A DNA stretch of 27,060 nucleotides from a virus (taxonomy: Duplodnaviria; Caudoviricetes), in IMG/VR virus record IMGVR_UViG_3300028586_000069, positions 1-27,060 of that record. The stretch is one strand, 5' to 3'. The stretch's first letter is position 1, and every line of letters starts with the position of its first letter. The notes beneath the pieces are model-generated. The model saw only the letters and a list, made by a program, of their open reading frames with translations. It was not told where the DNA came from and searched no databases. Position numbers and translations under genes: made by a program. Below, piece by piece: positions 1 to 8,125 of this stretch.

Positions 1-2674
1 CCTTGACCTTCTCCGGATCATTGTCCTGCAACTTCTTCGCGAGATTCAGTTCTTTCTGCGCGCGCAACTGGGCCGATTGGCCCTCGGCATAGGCCTTGAA
101 CATTTGTCCGATCGCCTTGCCGCCGGTGCCAAAAGCGTTTGTCAGGCTGTCCGCGATACTGCCGCCGACGCGCTGCCAGTCGCCAATTGCCTGGTCGGCC
201 AGCTTACGCGAAGCCGAGGCCGCCTCGCCGTCGCGCAGTGCTGCAGCGATCCGTTCCTGAGCATCCGCCTGCAGATTCAATGTTACAAGCATCGCCGCGG
301 CTGCATCCGCGTCGGCTTGGGTATGATCTTTGCCATCTGGGCCAGCAGCCTGAACTGCCATGAGTGCGGCGGCGGCGCGCAGCTGTGCCGCGGTTTCCGC
401 GGCGATGGACGAAGCCGACTCAGCGCGCTTTCCGTTTGCAGCCTCAATGGTGGCAATCTGCGCGTTTAACGAAGCAATGTATTTATTTGCTGCGTCATCG
501 GAAGCGGAAATGACAGCCTTTTGGCGCAGGCGATCCTCCTCATCCATAGTCAGGCTCTCGTAACCGTATTTGTCCTGGGCCGCTTTCTTTTTGTCTTCGA
601 TATCGTGGATGGCCTTTGCGTTCTTCGCAACTTCTTCCTCGGTGCTGTTGTGGTGGGCGCGCAGGTCAGCCAGTTGCTTGTTATAGCCACTGATTTCGGC
701 ACCGGACATCTCGTCGATATAGCCGCGGCGGCGGGAATAGAACTCAGCATCGCCGAGCTCGCCTGCTTTATGGCGCATTTCGTCGATGCGCATCATGTAC
801 TCGGCCCCAGCTTTCTCCGCGGCGACCTGGGTGTCGATACGCTTGAGCGCATCAGCCAACCGAGTATTCTCAGCCTGGTCGATCTTCGGCTTTGGATCGC
901 GGCCTTCGGTGTCGCGGTAAGATGGCGTGCCTACGTAGGTGTCCTTGTACAGTTTCATTTGCGCGGCGCGCTGGGCTTCCAGGCTCTTGCCGGCGTTTGC
1001 CACATTCAGCGCGGTGGCCTTATCGGCGTAGTCCTGGTCGATCTTGAGGCGCTCGTCGGCCTCGGCCTTCTTCTTTGCCGTACGGGTCTTCTCGCGCTCC
1101 TCGGCGGCTTTGGCGAATCGGTCAAAATTTCCGCTCAGGTTCGCTTGCGCGGTCACGTAGTCGACGTTCTCTTGTGCGAGAGCCGCTTGACGCAGCGACT
1201 CGATGCGGCGGTTGCGCTCAAAGATAGCGCTATCGCCCAGAGGGGCGCCCGCATCGCTGTTGGCCTTCGATTTAGCGTCGAAGTCGGCATTGATGGCCTT
1301 GCGAGCATCCAGGTGCCGCGCCCACGTATCGAACTTGGCAAAGGTGGTATATGCGTTACCAACCTCGTTAGCCAGCGTCACGAAGACTTTGGTAAGGGTA
1401 TGACCCCATTCTTCAAGCTGGTTGTTCCTGGACAGTTCGCTGACCATGCCATTGGTATCTTTGAGATGGTCCGTGAGGGCCATCACGCCGATGGTCAATG
1501 TCTCGTTGAACACCTCACCGAACTTGGTCTTGAGATCCTGCGTGTAGCGCTGCATCGAAAGAATCTGCTTGCCGGCCGTGTCCATGCTCCGCTCGTAGAC
1601 CCCGTTGATATCGACGCCGCGCTCGAATACCGCGATGCGGCGCGCCTCGACGCGCTCGTTTTCGGTCAATTCTTTTGTGGTCTTACCCAGGGTGTCGGCC
1701 ATCTGCGCGTAGGCCGATTGCAGGTTGACGTTGATGCCGATGTTGCGCAGGATCAGGACGTTGCCTCGGGCAATGCCGTTCACGAGGCGGTCAAACGCTT
1801 CGGACGAGTTGATGTGGCCGATCACGGCCGCATTTTGGGCAATGCGCGCCAATTCGCTGGCATGCTGCAGATCGACGTGGGCCTGGACCAACTTCACAGC
1901 TGATTCCCGTGCCTCGATCATGGTGATACCTTGGCGCGCGATACCCTCGGAGGCGGACTGCATTTGCACTTTGGTATAGCCGGCATTGCGCCCGACTACC
2001 TCCATCACGACGCCCAGAGTCTCGTAGCGGGCCGCCATCATTGCAGCGTCCTTTACATATTCAGCAACTTTCAGCGTGCCGTATGCGGCTGCGAGAAGTT
2101 TGACTGCGCTCGCCAAGAAATCCGACGACTTCGCGGCGTCGTCCTTGGCCTTCGCCGCAGATTTGATTGCGTCTTCCTGCGCCTTGAACGCAGCAACCGA
2201 CTTAGCGACTTCGGCGGAAACGCCCATCTGGGCAGCCTGATACGCCATCAACTGCGAACGGCTCATGCCAAGCACAGTGGCCTGCTCGCGGAATTTCTCA
2301 ATCAGCGACTGCTGGCCCAGGGTCAACTGGCTTGTCGACGTGCCCAGGGCGGCGCTCGCTGCCGCAGCAGCTTTTGACTGCTCCGCTTGCATCTGCAGGA
2401 TCTTTGCCGTGTCACTCATCTGGCCATTCGACACAGTGATGCGCTGCGTGACCTTGGCCGTTGCATCGCCCAGGGCATCCATTCCCTTAGTCGCCTCGCC
2501 GCCACGGCGCCATACGTTCGCGCTGGCGTCGCCCATGCCGCCCAGCGCCTTGGTAGCGCTATCGACCTTCGACTCGACGCGGGCGCTCGTATCCCCGAGC
2601 GCGTCCAATGCTTTGGTGCCGTCGAGAACTTGGCGGGTGTCGATTTGAATGCCAAGCGAAGCGATATCGGTCAT
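1..2674 (-). CDS. Tail tape measure protein, N-terminal ~891 aa (runs off the left edge; absent from the ORF track)
   Basis: Manual translation from ATG at 2674: MTDIASLGIQIDTRQVLDGTKALDALGDTSARVESK..., Ala/Lys/Glu-rich helical sequence; frame still open at position 2 (...LQDNDPEKVK). Follows the tail chaperone genes; TGATG overlap with the upstream frame. Confidence 0.92.
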   Translation of the reverse strand, partial: MTDIASLGIQIDTRQVLDGTKALDALGDTSARVESKVDSATKALGGMGDASANVWRRGGEATKGMDALGDATAKVTQRITVSNGQMSDTAKILQMQAEQSKAAAAASAALGTSTSQLTLGQQSLIEKFREQATVLGMSRSQLMAYQAAQMGVSAEVAKSVAAFKAQEDAIKSAAKAKDDAAKSSDFLASAVKLLAAAYGTLKVAEYVKDAAMMAARYETLGVVMEVVGRNAGYTKVQMQSASEGIARQGITMIEARESAVKLVQAHVDLQHASELARIAQNAAVIGHINSSEAFDRLVNGIARGNVLILRNIGINVNLQSAYAQMADTLGKTTKELTENERVEARRIAVFERGVDINGVYERSMDTAGKQILSMQRYTQDLKTKFGEVFNETLTIGVMALTDHLKDTNGMVSELSRNNQLEEWGHTLTKVFVTLANEVGNAYTTFAKFDTWARHLDARKAINADFDAKSKANSDAGAPLGDSAIFERNRRIESLRQAALAQENVDYVTAQANLSGNFDRFAKAAEEREKTRTAKKKAEADERLKIDQDYADKATALNVANAGKSLEAQRAAQMKLYKDTYVGTPSYRDTEGRDPKPKIDQAENTRLADALKRIDTQVAAEKAGAEYMMRIDEMRHKAGELGDAEFYSRRRGYIDEMSGAEISGYNKQLADLRAHHNSTEEEVAKNAKAIHDIEDKKKAAQDKYGYESLTMDEEDRLRQKAVISASDDAANKYIASLNAQIATIEAANGKRAESASSIAAETAAQLRAAAALMAVQAAGPDGKDHTQADADAAAAMLVTLNLQADAQERIAAALRDGEAASASRKLADQAIGDWQRVGGSIADSLTNAFGTGGKAIGQMFKAYAEGQSAQLRAQKELNLAKKLQDNDPEKVK

Positions 2675-3033
2675 CAGGTAGCCTTCTTATTTGTTGCTTC
2701 GAGGTACAGGGAGTCGAGCTTGTCAATGACTTGCTCTTCGAATGGCTCAAAGCGGGTGCGGTACCGCCGATGCCAGTCAAGTATTTCCGAGCTGGTGAGC
2801 GGGTTGGCCGCCATGCCGTACTGGCGTTTCGCGGTCAGCCGGCAGAACCAGGTCCAGAGGTATTCCAGCTCCGGAGGGCACCGGAGTTCGATGGCCTCTT
2901 CGCGCTTGAAGAGCGGGTGCCGGCGCGCGGCGTCGAGGTGGTCGCCCTTTGCCGATCCGTCGGCTGCCAGCGAAGCACGTTCAAACTGGTGCTTCGCGAA
3001 TTCCAGCAGCCGGCCAATCAGACCTTCAAAAAA
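2674..3033 (-). CDS. Tail assembly chaperone, gpT-like C-terminal frame reached by -1 frameshift
   Basis: Open 120-codon frame FFEGLIGRLLEFAKHQF...PPELEYLWTWFCRLTAKRQYGMAANPLTSSEILDW...LDSLYLEATNKKAT*. It begins at the slippery site with an in-frame TGA immediately upstream, and its stop overlaps the tape measure ATG. Confidence 0.85.
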   Translation of the reverse strand, partial: FFEGLIGRLLEFAKHQFERASLAADGSAKGDHLDAARRHPLFKREEAIELRCPPELEYLWTWFCRLTAKRQYGMAANPLTSSEILDWHRRYRTRFEPFEEQVIDKLDSLYLEATNKKAT

Positions 3034-3464
3034 TCAGCATCCTTTTCCAGGGCTGCAATGACCAGGTCTTGCCAAGTTGGATACTTTTCGAACGCGGCCG
3101 CCTTTTGGCTGGCGGAAAGCTGGATATCCTTGCCCTCACTGGTGAAGCCGAACGTCTCCACGGCGACGGCCAGGGCGATGCGTGCTTGATTGACGTCGAC
3201 AAGGTGAACCAGCTGGCTTGCGCCCTCTTCGGTCTTGGTGTCGATCGCCGTGGTGCGCTTGGCCGAGCGCTGGTAGCCTTCGGACCGGATGGCGTGGTTC
3301 TCCTGACGGAATTCCGGGCTATTCTTCCCGACGATCACAAAACCCGCCTTGGGCTCGCCGTCTTCATCGAACAGGACGGGAACGCGCACGGTGACGCGCT
3401 TGTCGGCGCCGGCCAGGATGCTGTCGAAGTCGATGCCTGCTTGGATTTTCTGCGCTTGGTTCAT
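3018..3464 (-). CDS. Tail assembly chaperone (gpG-like)
   Basis: 148 aa, between tail tube and tape measure, ends ...DADFLKV at a slippery site. Confidence 0.85.
   Translation of the reverse strand: MNQAQKIQAGIDFDSILAGADKRVTVRVPVLFDEDGEPKAGFVIVGKNSPEFRQENHAIRSEGYQRSAKRTTAIDTKTEEGASQLVHLVDVNQARIALAVAVETFGFTSEGKDIQLSASQKAAAFEKYPTWQDLVIAALEKDADFLKV
3027..3033 (-). other. Programmed -1 ribosomal frameshift site T TTT TTG
   Basis: Minus strand GAT TTT TTG AAG GTC TGA; an X XXY YYZ heptamer ending two sense codons before the gpG stop. The -1 frame reads TTT TTT GAA GGT... Confidence 0.8.
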
Positions 3465-3492
3465 GATTTTTAGCCTTCTATTTTGGGGTGGG

Positions 3493-3524
3493 AATAAAAA
3501 AGGGCCCGGAGGTTGTCCGGACCC
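3493..3524 (-). terminator. Intrinsic terminator after the tail tube gene
   Basis: Minus strand GGGTCCGGA-CAACC-TCCGGGCCC followed by TTTTTTATT. Confidence 0.7.
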
Positions 3525-3553
3525 AAAAGCACAGGGGACAGGCCCCTGATCGG

Positions 3554-4756
3554 TTACAGCGCAGTGTCCTGCACCGTGAGAGTGGTTTGCTCATGCTGCG
3601 GGTCGGAGCCCTTGTAGCGGAGGATGTCGAATGCGCAGGTCACGATCTTGTTTTTCTCGCCATCGTCGACCTTGGCGGAGGTGATCTTGATGCGGCCGGC
3701 GGCGAAGGCCATGACGTTGGCGAGAGGCGCGTTGCTGTCTGCCATGGCGTAGGCCAGCGGCAGCTCGGTTTCGGCTTTGAAATAATCCAGGTAAGCCGAA
3801 TCCTGCATCAGCACGGTGAATTGACCGGAGCCCATCACCTTGCCGCGCGATGCAGCCGTGGCGTACTTCGATCCGATCACGCTGTCGATCTTCACCTGAG
3901 CGTCGGCGGAAAGCGACATGCCGGTGCAGATTTGCGAAGGGATGCCGGCGACCGACAGGAGGGCAGTGGCGCCGGAAAACTTGCCGTTCGCAGGCGCCGC
4001 GGCGGGTGCGGCGAAATAGGCCGAGGCGGAATTCGGCAACTCCTGCTTGCCCATGAACGAGAAGTTCATCGTGGTCATGCCGTTCGGCTGGACCGACACA
4101 TCCATCTTGCTTGGCTGCTGGTCCACGAATACGCGGTTCACGCCGATCTTCGTCTCCTGAATCTCGGCCGTGAACCAGTCATCAGTATGGCCGGTGAGTG
4201 GCGTGAACGTGCGCTTGCCGGCGACGGTGACGGACACCGAATCGCCGGCCGCCTTCACGACCATCGCGCTACCGTCCAAGAATTGGCCGTTCAGGTTGGT
4301 CGCGGTGACGGAGGTGACGAAGAAGTTGCGCCCGTTGTTTGCTGTGGCGGGCGCGGTGAAACCACCGAGACGCACGACGTTGCCGGCATCAAAGCCATCG
4401 GTCAGCCAGGAGCCGGCGGAGCGCACCAGGCCGCCAGCAGCCGCGGCGATCGTGATCTGGGCCGTGACAGCAATGCCGGCCGTGAAGTCCCGGCGCAGCA
4501 GCGCTGCGATCAGCGGAGCGTAGGTGGCGCACGCGGCCTCGCCGTTGATCGAGCCCGAGGTCCGGAAATTGCCCAGGCGGGTGTCGCTCATTTGCTGGCT
4601 TGGGTCGATCTCGTTGCTCGAGTATTTGTCGGCGTCCGTGTCGAAAGTCGCGGTGACTCGCGGGTAGAGTTGGCCGGTATTGCCGAGAGCTTTCGTGCCC
4701 TCGGCGGTTTGTTTGCTCAGGACCAAGAGACTGTCAATGCCGTTTGCGGTGGACAT
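3554..4756 (-). CDS. Major tail (tube) protein
   Basis: 400 aa; motifs S.EI...Q...R.G....G.INGE and a beta-rich C-terminus typical of sipho tail tube proteins; lies between tail terminator and chaperone. Confidence 0.85.
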   Translation of the reverse strand: MSTANGIDSLLVLSKQTAEGTKALGNTGQLYPRVTATFDTDADKYSSNEIDPSQQMSDTRLGNFRTSGSINGEAACATYAPLIAALLRRDFTAGIAVTAQITIAAAAGGLVRSAGSWLTDGFDAGNVVRLGGFTAPATANNGRNFFVTSVTATNLNGQFLDGSAMVVKAAGDSVSVTVAGKRTFTPLTGHTDDWFTAEIQETKIGVNRVFVDQQPSKMDVSVQPNGMTTMNFSFMGKQELPNSASAYFAAPAAAPANGKFSGATALLSVAGIPSQICTGMSLSADAQVKIDSVIGSKYATAASRGKVMGSGQFTVLMQDSAYLDYFKAETELPLAYAMADSNAPLANVMAFAAGRIKITSAKVDDGEKNKIVTCAFDILRYKGSDPQHEQTTLTVQDTAL

Positions 4757-4771
4757 GAATTACCTTTCAGG

Positions 4772-4797
4772 AAATAAAAAACCCGCACGCGGCGGGC
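4772..4797 (-). terminator. Intrinsic terminator-like hairpin upstream of the tail tube gene
   Basis: Minus strand GCCCGC-CGCGT-GCGGGT followed by TTTTTATTT. Confidence 0.55.
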
Positions 4798-4828
4798 TGG
4801 AATGTGACCGCAATGCGGCGGGAATGAA

Positions 4829-5236
4829 TCAGGTGTAGATGTCGGCGTGCCAGGGAGCGCGCACGATGATTGCAATAAATCCTTCGGCTTCGTCGCCTGC
4901 GGTGATTACTGGCGTCCGGTCGATCTGGACGTCGGTGCCGCCAAAGCTGAATGTGGCGCCGCGGCGCAGCACGGCCCGGATCGCCTCGGCGCGCGCGGTC
5001 GCAGCCGCGGTCCCTTCGCCGGCTGGATAATTGAGCGTGACTTGCAGGACGCCGAGCTCTTGATAGAAGCCATCGCCCATCGTCGGATTGTTTGGCGTTG
5101 CGACCATCAGATAGATCGCAGCGTATGGCGTCCCAATCGCAGGCGTGAAGCTCTCACCCTGGTGTGCCGTTGCAATGGAAGGCTGCATGCCGTCAATGGC
5201 CGCCTCAAGGGCGTTGCGGATATTGTTCAAGCTCAT
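4829..5236 (-). CDS. Tail terminator / tail completion protein (DUF4128-like)
   Basis: 135 aa with G.LQV.L.YP.G.G...A...AE.I...RG pattern; immediately upstream of the tube gene. Confidence 0.75.
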   Translation of the reverse strand: MSLNNIRNALEAAIDGMQPSIATAHQGESFTPAIGTPYAAIYLMVATPNNPTMGDGFYQELGVLQVTLNYPAGEGTAAATARAEAIRAVLRRGATFSFGGTDVQIDRTPVITAGDEAEGFIAIIVRAPWHADIYT

Positions 5237-5721
5237 TTGTAGCTGCTCCAGCCTTGCGCGAAGTCCGCGGCGGACGTCCCAGCACGAACGCCGTTGACCG
5301 CGTCATCAAACAGCGTGCCGAACTCCACGACGGTCAGCGCGACAACGCCCACTGGTGCCTGGCGCGACCAGCCCTGCTCGATTCTTTTCGAATATGGAAG
5401 ATTGTTCATGAGGTAAATGACGTCGCCGGCCTTTGCCTGTGCGACCACGCTCGCGTGCGAACTGATCGTCGCGGAACCATCCGGATCCGTAGCGCCGGTC
5501 GAGCCGCTTGCCGGCGAACCGATGGTCATTTGCCAATTCCCACGGAAGCGCCCGCCCACGTACCCCTTCGGCGGCTTGCTTTTCCAGTAAGAGGCGTCAC
5601 CCACCGGCGACCGCTGGACCAGTCGGCTATCGACCTTGGCCACTGTCGCGCGCACAACCAGGTCGGTATCGGCTTTCGTCTTCTCGATGAAAGCTGCCAT
5701 CTGCAGCGCGAAGGCGCCCAT
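5233..5721 (-). CDS. HK97 gp10-like neck/tail completion protein
   Basis: 162 aa with SPVG...GRFRGNW and NNLPY..R.E.GWS.QAP.G.V motifs. Confidence 0.85.
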   Translation of the reverse strand: MGAFALQMAAFIEKTKADTDLVVRATVAKVDSRLVQRSPVGDASYWKSKPPKGYVGGRFRGNWQMTIGSPASGSTGATDPDGSATISSHASVVAQAKAGDVIYLMNNLPYSKRIEQGWSRQAPVGVVALTVVEFGTLFDDAVNGVRAGTSAADFAQGWSSYK

Positions 5722-6098
5722 TACGCCCGTCCGATGAGGGTGTACATCACCGGCACGCCACCGGGCTGCAGCGCGTCCACGTTCTTGATCGCGTAGACCT
5801 TGGTGCCGACCGTAGCGGTGTCCTCCAGGTGCAATTCAGGGAGCGGGCCGCCAGCATCGGCCAGCGCCGATATGATCAATTTGCGGTCACCGGTCTGGAT
5901 CAGTGTGCCGTTGATGTTGCCAGCGCCCAGGTCGTGCGCGGTCACGCCGGTTTCGATTCCCCAGACATTGACCTCGGTGGTAACGATCTGCACGGCGCCG
6001 TTGGCGTACGGACCCTTGGTTTTCAGGGTCAGCTTTATCAGTTGACCTTTGCGGCGGAAGGCCGCGTCGACGGTCTGAGCGGTTTTGGCGTAGGTCAT
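5721..6098 (-). CDS. Head-closure / head-tail joining protein
   Basis: 125 aa with GTLIQTGDRKL and P.G.P..Y.L..R motifs; position in the connector cluster. Confidence 0.75.
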   Translation of the reverse strand: MTYAKTAQTVDAAFRRKGQLIKLTLKTKGPYANGAVQIVTTEVNVWGIETGVTAHDLGAGNINGTLIQTGDRKLIISALADAGGPLPELHLEDTATVGTKVYAIKNVDALQPGGVPVMYTLIGRA

Positions 6099-6526
6099 GC
6101 GATGTCCATAACGTCTACCCCCATGCCGCAGGTAATATCAAGAGCGCAAGCGACCTCTACTGCCTCTTTTGCAGTGTGCCCGAGATGCATTGCCGCCAGC
6201 GCATAATCGCGGCCAGCACCCCATGCGCAGAACTTATCTTCGCGGCGCGCTGGGTTTGGGCCATCTTCGCCGGAGTAGAGTTGCAACCCTTCCGGCGTCG
6301 CGAAGATCGCGCTTGCGGAATCGTCGCCAGCCTTCTTCGGCCAGTCTGCGTCAATTCGGCCAGCGCGAAACCATGCCAGCAGTGCCATCGCATGACCTTC
6401 ATTGCCGGTGAAGCCCACAACCCCGCCCGGAACGCGGAAAATCTTCGTGACGGTCGTTGGGTTGCCGCAGCTGGTGCATTGCTTGTCGGCCGCCAGGCTG
6501 AGCCCATCCCATGCGATGACAGTCAT
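6095..6526 (-). CDS. Proteasome beta-subunit/HslV-like Ntn-hydrolase protein
   Basis: MT-VIAWDG..LAADKQ (Thr1, Asp), TKIF (Lys), VGFTG, AWGAGRDYALAAM, A.EAV..A...D..CG align by eye with HslV motifs (TTIV...AGDGQ, KKV, AGFAG, AIGSGGPYAQAA). ATGA overlaps at both ends. Confidence 0.75.
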   Translation of the reverse strand: MTVIAWDGLSLAADKQCTSCGNPTTVTKIFRVPGGVVGFTGNEGHAMALLAWFRAGRIDADWPKKAGDDSASAIFATPEGLQLYSGEDGPNPARREDKFCAWGAGRDYALAAMHLGHTAKEAVEVACALDITCGMGVDVMDIA

Positions 6527-7038
6527 GCCCGCACCAATCGAACGCCATTGGCGCAGTCGAGGAGCGGTTGGAGCAACATGTCGACCTGGCGGAACTGCAC
6601 ATATTGCGGACTGCCGGGCGCGTACTTGGTCGTGATCGGCCCGATGGTTTCTTCGATCACCTGGCGCTCAATGTCCGGCGTCAGGTCGGAAGCGCCGGCG
6701 CGCAGCGCCAGCTCGCAGACCGCCTTCACGACTTCTGCGGGCACCGTGTTCGAAGGAACGTAGGCCATGTAGCTGCCATACCCGACGTCGTCGAGCCGCA
6801 CGTCGTAGCGCGGCCAGTCCAGGGCCTGGGTCGAGTTGGCGCGCACGCCCTTCCATTTGCCGCGGTACCGCTGCTGCAGGTAGTCGCAGGCCCGGATGAT
6901 CGCCTGCTCCTGCTGGTCGGTGGTCATATCGCCGAACAGGCTGTTCCCGCGCGCCGAGTGATACGCCGCGCAGTCTGCCGCCGACACGTACGTCTGCGCA
7001 TCCGGCGCCGCCTGGCCAGTCTCAACGATCAACGTCAT
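6523..7038 (-). CDS. Head-tail adaptor (DnaT-like family)
   Basis: 171 aa: LIVE.G....A..YVS.A....Y...RG, WKG.R....QAL.WPR, VP.EV..A.CELA, IGPI...Y. Confidence 0.85.
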   Translation of the reverse strand: MTLIVETGQAAPDAQTYVSAADCAAYHSARGNSLFGDMTTDQQEQAIIRACDYLQQRYRGKWKGVRANSTQALDWPRYDVRLDDVGYGSYMAYVPSNTVPAEVVKAVCELALRAGASDLTPDIERQVIEETIGPITTKYAPGSPQYVQFRQVDMLLQPLLDCANGVRLVRA

Positions 7039-7199
7039 GGGTATTTCCTTTGCTTGCCGGCGAGCGGAAGAACTCGAACAGCTTTGATGGGTAAAGAGTG
7101 GACCAAGCCGGCAATCGGAAACCTAGGCGCCGGCACTGTCTGGCGATCGAAGATGACACCGCCGTTGACGATCTGCCGGTCAAATATGACCTTGATCAC
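7035..7199 (-). CDS. Small 54-aa protein, not in the ORF track
   Basis: GTG start overlaps the upstream stop (GTGA) and TGA overlaps the downstream ATG (ATGA). Sequence MIKVIFDRQIVNGGVIFDRQTVPAPRFPIAGLVHSLPIKAVRVLPLAGKQRKYP. Confidence 0.7.
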   Translation of the reverse strand: MIKVIFDRQIVNGGVIFDRQTVPAPRFPIAGLVHSLPIKAVRVLPLAGKQRKYP

Positions 7200-8125
7200 G
7201 GCACGCGGACCGGGCCGAAGAATCCGAAGTAGTCCAGCGGGTTGCCGCCGGTGTAATTGTCCAGACTAAGGAAGCCAACGGCGTCAGAGAGCAGCGCCGT
7301 CTGGATCGGTACCGACACCAAGCCGGACGCGTTGGAGGATAAGCCTCCACCAGATGAGGTAATGACGCCTCGTGAGTCAGACCAGGCCCAGTTAATCCCG
7401 GTGATATTCGCGCGCACGCCGCCATTCCCTGTCGCCTTCAACGTCAGCGGCAGGACCTTATCCGTCAGCACAGGCGCGACAGGTGCCGCCAGTGTAGTGA
7501 CGTCAAGCGTCAGCGGCGTCAGTGCGCCGTTGTCGGAGGTGTCGTAGGCAAGTACCTCGACGGTGTACAGAGTCTGGTCGGTCAAGCCCGCATAGCTCTT
7601 GGAGCGGGTCAGGCCGGTGCTGACCTCGGCGCCGCCATTGAGCCGCCACTTGTATTCCTTGATGGCGACGTTGTCGGTTGCAGCCGGCACCGAGACCGTG
7701 AAGCCGGACGCGGTGACCGCGCTTTGACTGATGGAGCCGACCATCACAGGGCGGGTCGTATCGCCAGTCTGGACGAGAGCGGCGACCGTCAAAGTCACGT
7801 CGACGTGGTAGTTGCTGTCCTGCGTCGATGTGAAGCGAAACACGCCGCTTTGGCTGCTTGAGGTCGCCGCCGGCATGGTGATGGCGCCGCCGGCCACGGA
7901 TCCGACTCCACTAAACTTCGCGCTCGTGTAGCCCTGGCCGGGATTGTTAATGCCCTGGACTGCGATTGCGACATTCGTTGTCGAGCCCCCGGCGACCGTT
8001 GCTGCCGTCGGATTGGCAGTTATGCCGGTAACAGTCGGGCTGCCGCCCTGCGCGGGCGCGCGGGCCGGCGCCAGGTACCCTTTACCGCTGCCCGTAAGGG
8101 TCTTGGGAGCGAGGAAGCCTGGCAT
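7196..8125 (-). CDS. Ig-like + fibronectin type III domain protein, putative virion decoration/fibre
   Basis: 309 aa, Thr/Ser/Gly-rich; FN3 signature DTTRP...AATDNVAIKEY...GLT..T.Y.VEV.AYD.S.N; N-terminal Ig-like VTGITANPT.ATV.GG. Confidence 0.7.
   Translation of the reverse strand: MPGFLAPKTLTGSGKGYLAPARAPAQGGSPTVTGITANPTAATVAGGSTTNVAIAVQGINNPGQGYTSAKFSGVGSVAGGAITMPAATSSSQSGVFRFTSTQDSNYHVDVTLTVAALVQTGDTTRPVMVGSISQSAVTASGFTVSVPAATDNVAIKEYKWRLNGGAEVSTGLTRSKSYAGLTDQTLYTVEVLAYDTSDNGALTPLTLDVTTLAAPVAPVLTDKVLPLTLKATGNGGVRANITGINWAWSDSRGVITSSGGGLSSNASGLVSVPIQTALLSDAVGFLSLDNYTGGNPLDYFGFFGPVRVP

Noticed and set aside
521-1903. 460-aa + strand ORF (and other + ORFs in 77-3473)
   Set aside because: Antisense shadows of the tape measure and chaperone genes in GC-rich DNA; no recognisable motifs.
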